Positions 11,819 to 24,407 of a DNA stretch of 64,000 bases are shown in pieces (positions within the stretch are counted from its first letter, which is position 1; every line of letters begins with the position of its first letter). The position numbers and the translations under genes are program-made. This DNA comes from Octopus vulgaris. Its lineage: Eukaryota. Where the stretch lies: the NCBI GenBank assembly GCA_951406725.2, contig OX597816.1, positions 39,928,001 to 39,992,000 of the forward strand. Reading direction: 5' to 3'. Under the pieces are notes generated by a model. That model did no database searches. It was not told the origin of the DNA and saw nothing but the letters and a program-made list of their open reading frames with translations.

Positions 11819-12017
11819 ATGTCTGTGTTTGTCCCCCCAACATCGCTTGACAACCAATGCTGGTGTGTTTACGTCCCCGTAACTTAGTGGTTCGGCGAAA
11901 GAAACCGATAGAATAAGTACTAAGCTTACAAAGAATAAGTCCTGGGGTCGATTTGCTCGACTAAAAGCGATGCTCCAGCATGGCCACGGTCAAATGACTG
12001 AAACAAGTAAAAGAGTA
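11640..12017 (+). mobile_element. SINE family C
   Basis: Aligns with 4516-4919; small deletion in the head. Confidence 0.85.
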
Positions 12018-13278
12018 ACTGTTGACCAAATGACAACAAAAATTATTGACACCTACAAAAAAAATTCTTCGATTTAACTACGATAAAATATTTGAACTAA
12101 ACATCACTTACGTCAGCCTCACCATTCTGCGGGGGCTTTACAAAGTTCCCTTTGACCCCGAAGAATCTCTTCACCTAATTGCGTTTCACAAATTATTTTC
12201 TCATACGTTTTGGGGAGGACAGAAGCGAAACTATGCGCTGTTGTTTATAATCGTGTTTTCTTTATACTATCTCCACAGCATGTACCGTTCACGAACATTA
12301 TAGGCAAATCAATGCATTGGGTCCTATAATATTTATTTATCGGCAGCAGGGTATGAGATACATGCATTAGAAACGGGTGCCTAGACCCGTGAGGCTTGCG
12401 AGCAACCACCCAGTATATCCATGCTTTAAGACGGCACTGCTTGTGTCCCCTGTTAAATTTTTATGGGATTTACTGAAGGCAAGAACTTACTTTGTTGTAA
12501 AATTGTATTTGATTTCTTTGTTTAAATCGCGGTTAAATTTTTTAATAATGTTTGAAATATAACCATAGTACCGGGTTTAAATAGAAAAAAAAACACAATC
12601 CCTCTAAAAACTCAGTGCCCCTTTGCTATTTGCCGTTCTCTAATGAGCTCCCAATGTCTCCAGAGGGCCTTACCGCGCTAGTCAAGAACCACTGCTTTGA
12701 GTTAAAAAACGAATAGGGTATATCATTGAACCTCTGTCGGCTGATGTTTACACTATTTTTTTTTTCTGTCACCATTCTCCTGTCTGAAGAATTGGTCATC
12801 ACAGCATTTCTAGAAAAGTTACTTGCATAGACTAGCATCGTGTCCAGGAGCCGACTTATCTTTCATTCAAACTTGCTCGGATTCCAAAAGAGATTAACTT
12901 ACTTTTGTTGTTGTTCACCACGACTCCACCCTATCAGTCCTAACACATCAGATTTAAGATCAAGGATATTCCATCCATGACCATCCCGCTGGATTTACAA
13001 AATGCAAGAAATTTAACAACAAATAGCTTACAAACTACAGAATTTTCTCCAGAAAGCCAAGAGAAAAAGATGTTTTATGTAACACATTCTACCAGTAAAC
13101 GAAGTTTAAAAGTGTTTAGTTACAAAGAAATTATTTTTTAAATCTGCCGGTCAAAGTGAAAAGATCCACAGACACTGAATTATAACATCAAATGTGTCGT
13201 GATTTGAGGAATGAGGAGGAGATTGGTTGCTACTTCTAGCAGTTCAAGTGATCACGAAGAGATTCCCTTTATTTGACT

Positions 13279-13671
13279 TACTCTTTTACTTGTTTCAGTC
13301 ATTTGACTGCGGCCATGATGGAGCACCGCCTTTAGTCGAGCAAATCGACCCCAGGACGTATTCTTTGTAAGCCCAGTACTTATTCTATCGGTCTCTTTTG
13401 CCGAACCGCTAAGTGACGGGGACGTAAACACACCAGCATCGGTTGTCAAGCAATGCTAGGGGGACAAACACAGACACACAAACACATATATATATATACA
13501 TATATACGACAGGCTTCTTTCAGTTTCCGTCTACCAAATCCACTCACAAGGCATTGGTCGGCCCGGGGCTATAGCAGAAGACACTTGCCCAAGATGCCAC
13601 GCAGTGGGACTGAACCCGGAACAATGTGGTTGGTTAGCTAGCTACTTACCACTCAGCCACTCCTGCGCCTA
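13279..13671 (-). mobile_element. SINE family C
   Basis: Full-length reverse-complement copy. Confidence 0.9.
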
Positions 13672-13927
13672 TATGTTTGTTGTAATTAGTATTGTTGTTT
13701 AATTCAAAGTTAGTTCTGATTAGATAGACCTAAGATCAAAGGCGTTCCTGTGATGACCAACAAACTGGGTTTTTTTTTTTCTGAGGAAAGGTTCATAGTA
13801 AACTATTTGAATAAATGAACGAGTATTTGTACAAATATGTGTGAACAATACCTGGGGATGCATAATTATATATATATTAATATATGACTCAATGAATATG
13901 ACTAAATATATATTCGCGCGCGCCAGT

Positions 13928-13978
<51 letters not shown>

Positions 13979-15586
13979 TAATCGAATTAAGTGATTATTC
14001 TACGAGAGAATACTCTGCTATTAGGAATATGAAATTTACTACACACACACACATCTATACATACACATGTGTATCTATACATACGCATAGATAAATAGAT
14101 AGACAGATATATATATACTTATTTCTTTACTACCCACAAGGGGCTAAACACAGAGGGGACAAACAAGGACAGACAAACGGATTAAGTCAATTATATCGAC
14201 TCCAGTGCGTAACTGGTACTTAATGTATCGACCCCGAAAGGATGAAAGGCAAAAGACACTGTATCGCTATATCTACCTAGTTATCGGATATTGTACACCG
14301 CTGGTTACAATGCGCTGCCTTTGTTGTAGCTAGTTATGATGCCTCTCTGCTGGACTAGGCGAGCAGGTCTAACATTCTTCCTGAACGGAATATCATTCCG
14401 TTGCAGGGTTACAGCTGAGTGAACTGGAGCAACACGAAATAAAGTGTCTTGGTCCAGAAAAAAACAACGCACAGCCGGACTGGAAATTGAAACCACAATT
14501 TTGCTATCGTGTGTGTACAACACTCTAACCACCAGGCCACATAGATACATTCATATATGCCTAGTGTGACTAACTGTTGTATCTCACAAATACATATATA
14601 TGTAAAAGAAAAAAAATTACTGTATTTAATGATTATTATAATGTGTTATCAATATACCTTGATATGATTATAATAATGTGTTATCAATATACCTTGATAT
14701 GATATATACAGGAATGAAATCCCAACGTAATGCTTGTTTAATTTTGTTAATATAAATGTACGAAGTTTTTTTTTTTTTTGCGATTTCCCAGGTTTCCAGT
14801 TCAAAACTTACCTAGCGCCAACTTTGCATTATTTACACGGACCATTTCACACCTCTTGTTTATTCATTTAATTTTTTTATTGCTAGCTCAGTAATGACCA
14901 AAATGAGACACACACACATGTAAACAAACAACGACTTAACTTCTTCATTTTTCTACGACTTATATTTTTAATATTTTTACCGGTTGCATAATTCGATGTG
15001 GAGGTAGGTGGGGCGGGGTTAAAAAACGAAAAATTTAGTTTTGAAAAAAAAAAAACTTTTTTCGTAACATCAAAATAGCCCATATTTTAAAAATATAATT
15101 AAGAAAAAAAAAATTAAAAAGAGAACATGTTGCGTGGGGAAATGCTCCAAGACGGACAGGGTAGGGGACATAAACCGAAAAGAAAAGATAAGAATCACAT
15201 TCTACGATGTTTTGAATAGGTCTGAAAAAAATCTTTGGAGTAAAAAAAAAAAGAAAAGGGTTAATTAAAAGTGAAAGAAATAGAGAGGAGATATGACAAA
15301 AAAAAAGAAGTATATATTTCTTGGCATACCAACATAAAAAAAAAATTCATTGAAAAATATCCATTTTATAGAAAGTTATGAGGAAACAAAGTCAGTGAGG
15401 AGAGGATACCTCAGTAGGTATGCCTGTATTTTTAACCAAAGATTGCCAGGAAAAGTTTAGCTGGGGTGCTTTCCAACACTCTACCTTAAAAGGAATTCTT
15501 TCCACATATACGCAACACACTGAGCCCTCTTTCGTTGACAGACTATAATTGAATGGTATACGCGTGTGTATATACATATACACGCG

Positions 15587-15633
<47 letters not shown>

Positions 15634-15997
15634 CATGCACACACACACACACGTAGAAACGCATAAACGTGTGTTGTTGATAAATAAATACGAGAGGTGC
15701 AGTCGAACATTCACGCCAGGGTATATACAAATACTTTTTACAGGCGAATTTATGTATGAGTGTATAAATTAAATGTATTGTTGGCACTCCCAGACATAAG
15801 CATATAATAATACCATTACTTTTCGATGCACCTTCTGTTTTATCGGCACAAGCATTCATATAGTCTGTATGTGTGTGTCTGAGTAGGTTTGTCAAGGTAT
15901 TTGCGTATGAGAAATGATAATATAAACAAAAGATGGCACATCTAACAGAATCTACAAAACGATGTAAATCGGCAAGATTGCTATTCCATTAATTTAC

Positions 15998-16115
15998 CTT
16001 TCACTCGAATTTCTTCAAGTAGCTCCAATCGAACGTGTCCATTGACTATATTTCCTGGATGGTAAACACTGCATTCTTCGGGGAAGATAATGTCAAAATA
16101 GTTGATCTTTCCCAT
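15998..16115 (-). CDS. First coding exon of an alpha-arrestin / arrestin domain-containing protein (ARRDC/TXNIP family)
   Basis: Minus strand ATG at 16115 reads MGKINYFDIIFPEECSVYHPGNIVNGHVRLELLEEIRVK, then G|gtaaat (phase-1 donor at 15997). This matches the Arrestin_N start of ARRDC proteins as I recall it (MxxGKVKS..VYSSGDTVSGRVNLEVTGEIRVK). It lies in a repeat-free stretch. No later exons recognised in the window. Confidence 0.85.
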
Positions 16116-17100
16116 TCTACTGAGGCCAAAATAAAAATAAAAATCTTTGATGTCAGGCCAACTCCAGTTATCTGGTGTGGTTGGCTGACAAGTAAAGGAT
16201 GCAGCACTGCACTTTGGCTGTAATTCGTCAAAGACACCGTCTCACTGACTTGCAGATATCTCGGTTGATTCTACAATCTCTTATAAGGTTTTAGTATCTG
16301 TATAGTTCTTCTACAGCAGTCTGTTGAGTCGAGTCGAAGTCTGTTAAAGCATGACTGCTGCTAGTCCGGTTGTTTCATTACAATTCATATGGCTGTTGAT
16401 GATTGTCTATGAATGTTGTGGGCTTGGAGAATGGTGCTGCTGCTGTTGCTGCTGGAGTGTATGCATGTATGTCCGTGTGATGTTACTGTTTTCTTTCATT
16501 AATCTGTGTATGTTGTGTTTATGGTGATATTCGCAGTGTCTCCGGGTGTATGTGTCAGCATATAAGTCAAACTATGTAAACCGGTGTTTTTTTGGCGTCT
16601 GCGTGGGTAAATGCGCGTGGGTTTGAACGCGAGCGAATGCGTGTTTGTACGTACGTCTGTGCTGTGAGTGTGGGTGTACGTACAGGTAATGCCCAAAAGA
16701 AAGTGTAATTATGTCTCAAAATTAAACAAATGTATTTGTCCACGTGTAATTTAATTGAGTTCGTTTACACGGATTATTCTGTAAACGTTGAAAATAAAGA
16801 CGCATTCTCGCTCTCCCCGCTCCCTCTTTTAGTATTGTTATATTTAGCAAATGTTACTAAAGTGTGAGTGTCCACTTGTCTTGTTGAAGTATGAGTGTGA
16901 ATGTATCTTCGCGTTGTTGCATGCTTAACGTCTCAATGAACGAGTATCCATCCATTGTTGTTGCTAAGTAAGTTAAACTCCCTCCTAGATTAATACGAAC
17001 ATCAAATATTATTTCTTGTCAAAACAACTACGTCCACTCAGGTGAGCAGCTAATTACGTAGGTGAGAGATCGACAGCTTCGTTATCTTCCCATCTCTCGA
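16116..17100 (-). promoter_or_regulatory. Putative 5' UTR/promoter region of the ARRDC-like gene
   Basis: About 1 kb free of transposons and relatively CpG-rich, directly upstream of the ATG. E-box CACGTG at 16741-16746; forkhead-like GTTTAC/GTAAAC at 16763 and 16781. A pyrimidine tract plus CAG/TAG just 5' of the ATG could instead be an acceptor for an upstream non-coding exon. Confidence 0.4.
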
Positions 17101-18166
17101 TGTGCCTGCTTAGGAGTGACACATCATCATCATCATCATCGTCATCGTCATCGTTATCGTCGTCATCATCATCATCACCACCATCAACAAAGATAAGCTA
17201 ATCTACTATTTTCTGTCTTTATATATAGTTGGCATCTGGCCGGACTATGTTAATAATGATAAGAAGAAGAAAAAAAACAAGGAATATAAAATAATTAAAG
17301 CAGAAAAGAAGGAGAGCTTTTCTTCTTTTTCTTTATGTTTTCCTTTTTTTTTTATTGGGCCTTTTATCAAGTGTATGTGGATGGAGTTTCTTCAGAATTT
17401 GGCATGTATTAAGATATTTCCAGCTGATTAGGCGGGGGATAACTACATGTTACTTAGAAAGAGAAAGCCTCATAATTATGCAAGAGTGATGCAAATCAAC
17501 ATAAAAATTTCGAAATAAGGCTACGTGGATTTTTATTATGTGGGGGAGGACGAATGATGTGTAGGAATTAGAGGCGGGAAAGGAGCATATTATAAAGGAG
17601 GATGAAGGTTTTAATGTGTGAGGGATGGTAGGGATGAGCATGGCTGACAGAAATTGTTGCTGGGTTACAATAAATATCACTTAACGAATCGTTCTATTGA
17701 TTTCTTTATTTACCATAATCTGCTCAAAAGGGCACTAGCGCAGTCGGAAGTGAGTGATTTTGCTCCCTAGCAATTTCCACACGAGACACAGAGGCGATAA
17801 GTGATTGTAAATAGATGAAAATAGATGAATAAAATGAAAATAAAAGGGAAAGGAATTACTAGAACGAGAAAGAGTGTTAGAGTGTGTGTGACTGAGATCT
17901 GTATATATGCATATATATGTATGTGTATATTAATATATATGTTTATGTATATATATGCATATATATATGTATATAAATATATATACATACATGCATACAT
18001 ACATACATACGTACATACATACATACATACATACATACATACATACACATGCATATATATATGTATACAAGCACACACATAACGTATATATACGTGCATA
18101 TAGTATGTGTGTACATATATGTATGTATATGTGTATGAAAAGAACACACACACACATATATATATG

Positions 18167-18217
<51 letters not shown>

Positions 18218-19636
18218 TTTATTTTAAGCAGCAGAAAATTCAACAAAATCTGTTACTCTGAGTTTCTCGTTGCCGTTCCTCAGACAGTTTTTGCTAGAAT
18301 GGAACTTATATATTAATTCAATCTATACTCTTACAAACGCTACACCTTTAAAAAGAAATGGACTTGTTTGATTGGCCCTTTAGAAAAAACGGTCAATCTT
18401 CGAGCAATAAACAAAAAGGTCAAAAATATATGTATATATATATAAAAAAACTTACAAAAATTATAAAATCCGAGGAAAAAACCTATTGCCGTTAATGAAG
18501 ACAGTACAAATTAATGCATAGAAATTAAACCTGTTATAAATACTGCAATACATATTTATATTAAAATCCACATATATATATCAACATTCACAAAAGGATG
18601 CGCGTAAACGCCATACATACATATACAGACGTATGAATATGAATCTAAATTATACACATAAAAGCATGTGTACATATATTGACGCAAACCGTCTCGCACG
18701 CAAGCTAAAATTCATCTATGTAGCAATTCTCATATACTGAGCAAGGAGGGGGAACGAAAGAAAGGGAAAGAGAGAAAAAGGAACGAAGGAGGGGTGGGGA
18801 AAAAACTTGTAGCGATGTTATTGGCATCTATAGAGGCCAGTATACATACACAAGTTTGAATTGATACATATACATACCGTCGTGTGTATGCGTGCTTAAG
18901 CACAAGCATACTTTCACTTACACATACACAGATACGCAAGCTTACAAATACATATGCTTTGCTATACACAAACTTATATAAACATTCTAAATTTGACAAC
19001 ATTGCTTTTTTTTAAAAAAAACATTGCTTTTAAAAAATGGGTGCATTAATAAAAATATATACGAAAGACATAAAATAAAATATAACATCCTATTTTGGGT
19101 CATTTATAAATAATCAAGGTAATATAAATAATCAAGGTAATCCTATGCAATACAATAACATGAAAAACAAAGTTTGTAGGTTTTTCCTAATATATATGTA
19201 GAAACAATAAGACTTTGCTATAGGTCCGTCGTAGCGCTCAAGAGTCAAAATCAAAATCAAAAATCAAAATACAAAATATATACTCTATCCATATGGTATA
19301 TTTATATTCGACATTTTAAATTTAGCCGCGTGCCTACATAAGTTCATTAACTCACTTCTTTGATTCAAAGAATTATTGTCTTTGAATAATATGTGCATTT
19401 TCTCTAATAAGCAAAGCCTGCACTTGAAATTATATTTGTAAGCTCCATGCCTGTATGGTGCCGCCCTGTCCAGAATGCTCCATGTCACGTTGAAAGGTGG
19501 GGCTTCCTTAACGAGAAACTCAGAGTAACAGATTTTGTTGAATTTTCTGCTGCTTAAAATAAAGCATATTACTCTACCACTGGTATTTGAGTACTCTTTT
19601 TTCCACCTTGTTTCACATTTATGTGTTTACTCCGGT
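18218..19636 (-). mobile_element. 5'-truncated Penelope-like element: GIY-YIG endonuclease C-terminus, hammerhead-bearing pLTR and an inverted pLTR copy
   Basis: 19488-19285 encodes WSILDRAAPY..KCRLCLLEKMHIL..LNQRSELMNLCRHAAKF, the typical PLE endonuclease tail. 19510-19565 is the reverse complement of 18218-18271. The element is bounded by (TA)n on both sides. Confidence 0.8.
18250..18287 (-). ncRNA. Type I hammerhead motif in the 3' pseudo-LTR of a Penelope-like element
   Basis: Minus strand CUGU-CUGAGGA-ACG(GCAA)CGA-GAAA-CUCAGAG-UA-ACAG. Weak stem II with GNRA loop, GUA triplet. Confidence 0.6.
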
Positions 19637-19713
19637 ATATATATATATATATATATATACATACATATATAAATTATGTATGCATAAATATATGCATATA
19701 TATATATAATCAT

Positions 19714-19902
19714 ATACTCTTTTTACTCTTTACTCTTTTACTTGTTTCAGACATTTGACTGGGGCCATACTGGAGCACCGCTTTTAGTCGAGGAAATTGA
19801 CCCCAGTACTTATTCTTTGTAAGCCTAGTACTTATTCTATCGGCATCTTTTGCCGAACCACTAGCTTACAGGGACATAAACACACCAACATCGGTTGTCA
19901 AG
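19714..19902 (-). mobile_element. SINE family C, 3' half
   Basis: Tail and 3' body only; abuts the mariner relic. Confidence 0.8.
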
Positions 19903-19903
19903 C

Positions 19904-21078
19904 CGTATGTGGCCGAGCATTATCCTGATGGAAGAATACCTTTCGTCTTGAAACCAAAGATGGTCGCTTTTCTTCTAGCGCTGACTTAAACCGCTTAAGC
20001 ACCTCTCACAGTAGATCTCCTTTGTTATCGCTTGGCTTGGGTTTAAAAGTTCAAAGTGGAATAAACCTTTCATATCCCACCTAACAGATAACAACACCTT
20101 ACGTGGGTGAAGACCTTTAAACTAGGGTGCCGGTGTTTCTCCTTTTCCTACCCACTGTCTTCGGTGCTTGATAATTTTATAGCGAACCCATTTCTCGCCA
20201 CCAGTCACTCACTATTCGGTCCAAAAAAAGGTTTATTCGTGAGACGTGACAGCAAAGAAGCGCTCACATTCACTTTTAGAGCGCCATTAGACTCGGAAAG
20301 TTTGTGAGAAACTCATTGATCCAATTTGCTGACTTTTGCAAATGGTACGCAGGTGTTGATGAATGGTTGAATGACCAAATCCAAGCTTCTCTGTTAGTTC
20401 CTCAACAGTTACAATGGGATTTTGTTCCACCAGGATTTTGTTCCAACAGGATTTGCAGGACGTCCTCGTCGAGCTCTACAGATCTTCCACGACGAGACTC
20501 GTCTTCGAGGCTGCAGTTTCCGGTTCGGAATTTCTGGAACCACCGTTGACAGTGGCTTATGCTTAATGTCTGAACCGCATATACTGCATTAAAATTCCTC
20601 GCACTTTCCATTGCGTTTTTGCATTTATTGAACTCATTAAGCAAAATATGCCGAATATGCTCCTTTGTCACTTCCATTATAGCTTTGAAAAAATAACTGT
20701 TAAAGTCGAATTGCACTCTTCAAAACGATGCCCCACCCACCTTATTCGCCGGACATTGCCCCATCTCATTATCATGTATTCCGCAGTCTTCAAAATCATT
20801 TGGACGGAAAAAAATATGAATTCTGTAGACAAGATCAGAACAGTACTGGAGGAGTATTTTTCGTCACGGACAAGTCAATTTTTGTTTATCTTAATTTTGA
20901 AAGATAAAAGAAGTATACAAAAGATCGCATTATTTATGGGATGACTAAGAATAAGTACAAGGTAAAATTACTACCTGCTTTTAAAGCAAGTTAATGCTGG
21001 TGTTTTATCCAGTCCCCCTCCGACTTTTAGTTCATGCAATTGAAAAAAAAACCCGTATTATTTATGGGATAACCCTAT
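19904..21078 (-). mobile_element. Defective mariner transposon with an internal inversion
   Basis: Minus from ATG 20677: MEVTKEHIRHILL..QRWFQKFRTGNCSLED..; VTGGEKWV; HQDNARPH at ~19905-19930. Plus 20722-20885: PHPPYSPDIAPS. TIR-like ATTATTTATGGGAT at ~20929 and ~21057. Confidence 0.85.
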
Positions 21079-21092
21079 ATTTATAGATACAC

Positions 21093-21154
<62 letters not shown>

Positions 21155-21166
21155 ATTTATAATACA

Positions 21167-21347
21167 GTTCTCTATTTGAGAGATGAGGAATTATGTACAT
21201 TATTTACATTTGACGGATATTTGTCCTCATCTTGTTTGTTGTTAACACAACGTTTCGGCTGATATACCCTCCAGCCTTCATCAGGTGTCTTGGGGGAAAT
21301 TTAGAACCTGGGTTCTCATTCCTAAGATATTTTTCGATGTTATTATT
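21167..21347 (-). mobile_element. Family G short repeat (Penelope-like pLTR); second copy at 51698-51880
   Basis: Two alignable ~180-bp copies, both carrying the hammerhead core and adjoining microsatellites. Confidence 0.65.
21244..21289 (-). ncRNA. Minimal type I hammerhead motif (family G, Penelope-like pLTR)
   Basis: Minus strand GACAC-CUGAUGA-A-GGCUG(GAGGGUAUAU)CAGCC-GAAA-CG-UU-GUGUU. The loopless ACGU stem III is typical of dimer-cleaving minimal hammerheads. Confidence 0.7.
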
Positions 21348-21429
21348 AGGACAAATATGTCTTTGTCCTGCAATGAAACACGTATGAGCATGATATAGAA
21401 AATATATCAAAGTTTTCAGCCTTCTGTTT

Positions 21430-21472
<43 letters not shown>

Positions 21473-21475
<3 letters not shown>

Positions 21476-21892
21476 TCTTTACTCTTTTACTCTTTTACTT
21501 GTTTCAGTCATTTGACTGCGGCCATGCTGGAGCACCGCCTTTAGTCGAGCAAATCGACCTCGGGACTTATTCTTTGTAAGCCTAGTACTTATTCTATCGG
21601 TCTCTTTTGCCGAACCGCTAAGTGACGGGGACGTAAACACACCAGCATTTGGTTGTCAAGCAATGCTAGGGGGACAAACACAGACACACAAACATATACA
21701 CACACACTTATATATATATACATATATATGACAAGCTTCTTTCAGTTTCCGTCAACCAAATCCACTCACAAGGCATTGGTCGGCCCGGGACTATAGCAGA
21801 AGACACTTGCCCAAGATGCCACGCAGTGGGACTGAACCCGGAACCATGTGGTTGGTTAGCAAGCTACTTACCACACAGCCACTCCTGTGCCT
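21473..21892 (-). mobile_element. SINE family C
   Basis: Full length, inside (TA)n. Confidence 0.9.
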
Positions 21893-21899
21893 ATATGTG

Positions 21900-21989
<90 letters not shown>

Positions 21990-22392
21990 GATAGAAATGG
22001 CAAGACAACAAAAAAATGAAAGAGACCTCGATAAACTCCGAGTTTCGGATGTCAGGGCGAAAACCCATATTTACTATTGATTGGGACAGTCATATCAATG
22101 AGGAGGCATGATTTTTGTATGAAATCTTTCAGTATAATGTCTGGCCTATTCGCATCTGTCTTTCTGTCAGTTTGAACAGTGAAGTTCCAGTGGGGTGAGA
22201 TGTAATCATTTTCAAGCACTGGAAGTGGTTTGTGTTCCCATCAGTTTTTATCATGGGGCAGGTCCAGGTTTTTGCAATTTACCCAGTGAATATATATTGC
22301 TGTTCTATCATGCCTGTTGAGATACTCTGTAGGCGCAAGAAGACTGCACATGTTGATGAAGACGAAAAAAAGAAAAAGAGTGATGAAAATTA

Positions 22393-22451
<59 letters not shown>

Positions 22452-22466
22452 CATTATTATTATTGT

Positions 22467-22802
22467 GAAGGCGCATGGCTCAGTGGTTAGAGCGTCCAGC
22501 TTACGATCGTGAGGTTGTGAGTTCGATTCCCGGACCGGTCTGCGTGTTGTGTTCTTGAGCAAGACACTTTATTTCACGTTGCTCCAGTTCACTCAGCTGT
22601 AGAAATTAGTTGCGACGTCACTGGTGCCAAGCTGTATCGGCCCTTGCCTTTCCCTTGGATTACACTGGTGACGTAGAGAGGGGAGGCGGGTATGCATGGG
22701 CAGCTGCTGGTCTTCCATAAGACAACCTTGCCCGGACTTGTGCCTCGGAGGGTAGCTCTGTAGGTGCAATCCCATTGTCATTTATGGCCGAAGGGGGTCT
22801 CC
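22467..22802 (+). mobile_element. SINE family B, inserted in an (ATT)n tract
   Basis: Aligns over its full length with 3616-3958. Confidence 0.85.
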
Positions 22803-23197
22803 GATTATTATTATTATTATTATTGTTGTTGTTGTTACTATTGTTTTCTCTTAATCACAGGTTTTGTTGGAGCTTCTGGAGTCTTGCATATGCGTAGCGG
22901 GCTTACTTTTTGCAGCCTACAGTTCCATGCTGTTCGCTCTTTCCAGCTATCTAATTCTTTCCTGATTATTCTGGCGTTTCAAGGAGGCAAGCCTTTTGTA
23001 ACAGTTCTAGTGGGTACTCTATTCCAATTTCCTTTATATTTCTCTTGATGACTTCTGATACTGTTCCCGAGGACCCAACAATAATTGGCACTAGCTTCAC
23101 CTTTATTTTTCCATAGCCAGGTTATTTCACAATTATTTCAAAACAAACTCAGGCCTTAGGCCTTTAGTAGAAAGAGTTATTATGACCGGGTTCCAAT

Positions 23198-23935
23198 CTA
23201 GGCCGCAGTAACAAAGTCCACCCATCGCATTTCTCGGTCCAACATCACTGCCTCGAGGTCCTGGATACATTCTAGGCCAGTGTCTGTGGTCAAGTTGTCG
23301 ACGCAAATGTAACGATGTTTTCCTATTCTTATATCATCGTGAAGTGGGTTCCACATGACTAATTTGAATGCTTTTAGTTCGGGGTAGTGCACGCAGTGAC
23401 CAGATAGTTGCAGCCCTCTGCCTGATTTTCTAGCTAACTTTCGTCATGTCTTCATAAAGGCATTCGTTTGTCATATGATTCTGCCATTTCACATTTAGGG
23501 CCATTTGTAGCATCCTTGTATAGCAGCCAACTAGGCTGTTTGATAATTTCTTTGTGAGTGTTCATGTTTCACTGCCATATAATAGCATTGATTCGATAGT
23601 TGCAACGAACTGCTTGATTTTGATTCCATTGGGCAATTTGGATGAAATAGATCAAGCACAACAGCCGCTCAGCAGGGTAGAAACGTCAGCTGCTAAAATA
23701 GGACTACACACAAAGGTCAAGAAAACCGAGTACATATCTTTCAACCAATCAAGTGATGCTGAACTGTTTGCTTTGAACGGTCCCAAATTGAATGTTGTTG
23801 AAAAACTTCAAGTACTTAGGTGAGCAGTTCGGAAGCAGGCATAAAGATTAATAAGGCACAAGCATGGACAGCTTATCACAAAGTAAAGAAGGTCTGGAAC
23901 TCCAAATGGAATTTAAAATATTCCAAATTTTCCAG
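23198..23935 (-). mobile_element. RTE-like LINE relic with an inverted 5' segment
   Basis: Minus 23620-23198: ATIESMLLYGSE..YTRMLQMALNVKW. Plus 23640-23935: AAKIGLHTKVKKTEYI..FKYLG..KAQAWTAYHKVKKVW. Confidence 0.75.
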
Positions 23936-24204
23936 TCTTCTTTTTTGATATGATATTACTCTCTGTAAATAGAATTCACTAGAAATTTCAATCGTGTTTA
24001 TCACATCTGAAATAAAACATCTATATACATACATTTCGTTAATGTGAACATACAAATGGGCTTCACGAGGACACAACTTGAAATATATCCACTGGTATAT
24101 ACTACGCACATACATACATATACACACACACACACACATATATATTTCGTTTTTGGATTTGGTTTGCATGATTCTTTATGTGAGTTCGTGTGTTGAAGCA
24201 TATT

Positions 24205-24407
24205 CTGTTGTGTCTGGGGAGAGTAATTTTCTTTTTGTGCCTTATAAATTAACACACTCACCGGTAAAATTTCCACTTATTTCTTATTTTTATTTTTCTA
24301 AAATTTTCGTTGCGTCTTGTAACCTTTTCAATAGTCTTGACTCTCAACCGGTGAGTGTGTTAAATTATAAGGCACAAAAAGAAAATGACTGTCCCCAGAC
24401 ACAACAG
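24205..24407. repeat. 61-bp inverted repeat with an 81-bp spacer
   Basis: 24205-24265 versus 24347-24407, a few mismatches. Confidence 0.85.
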
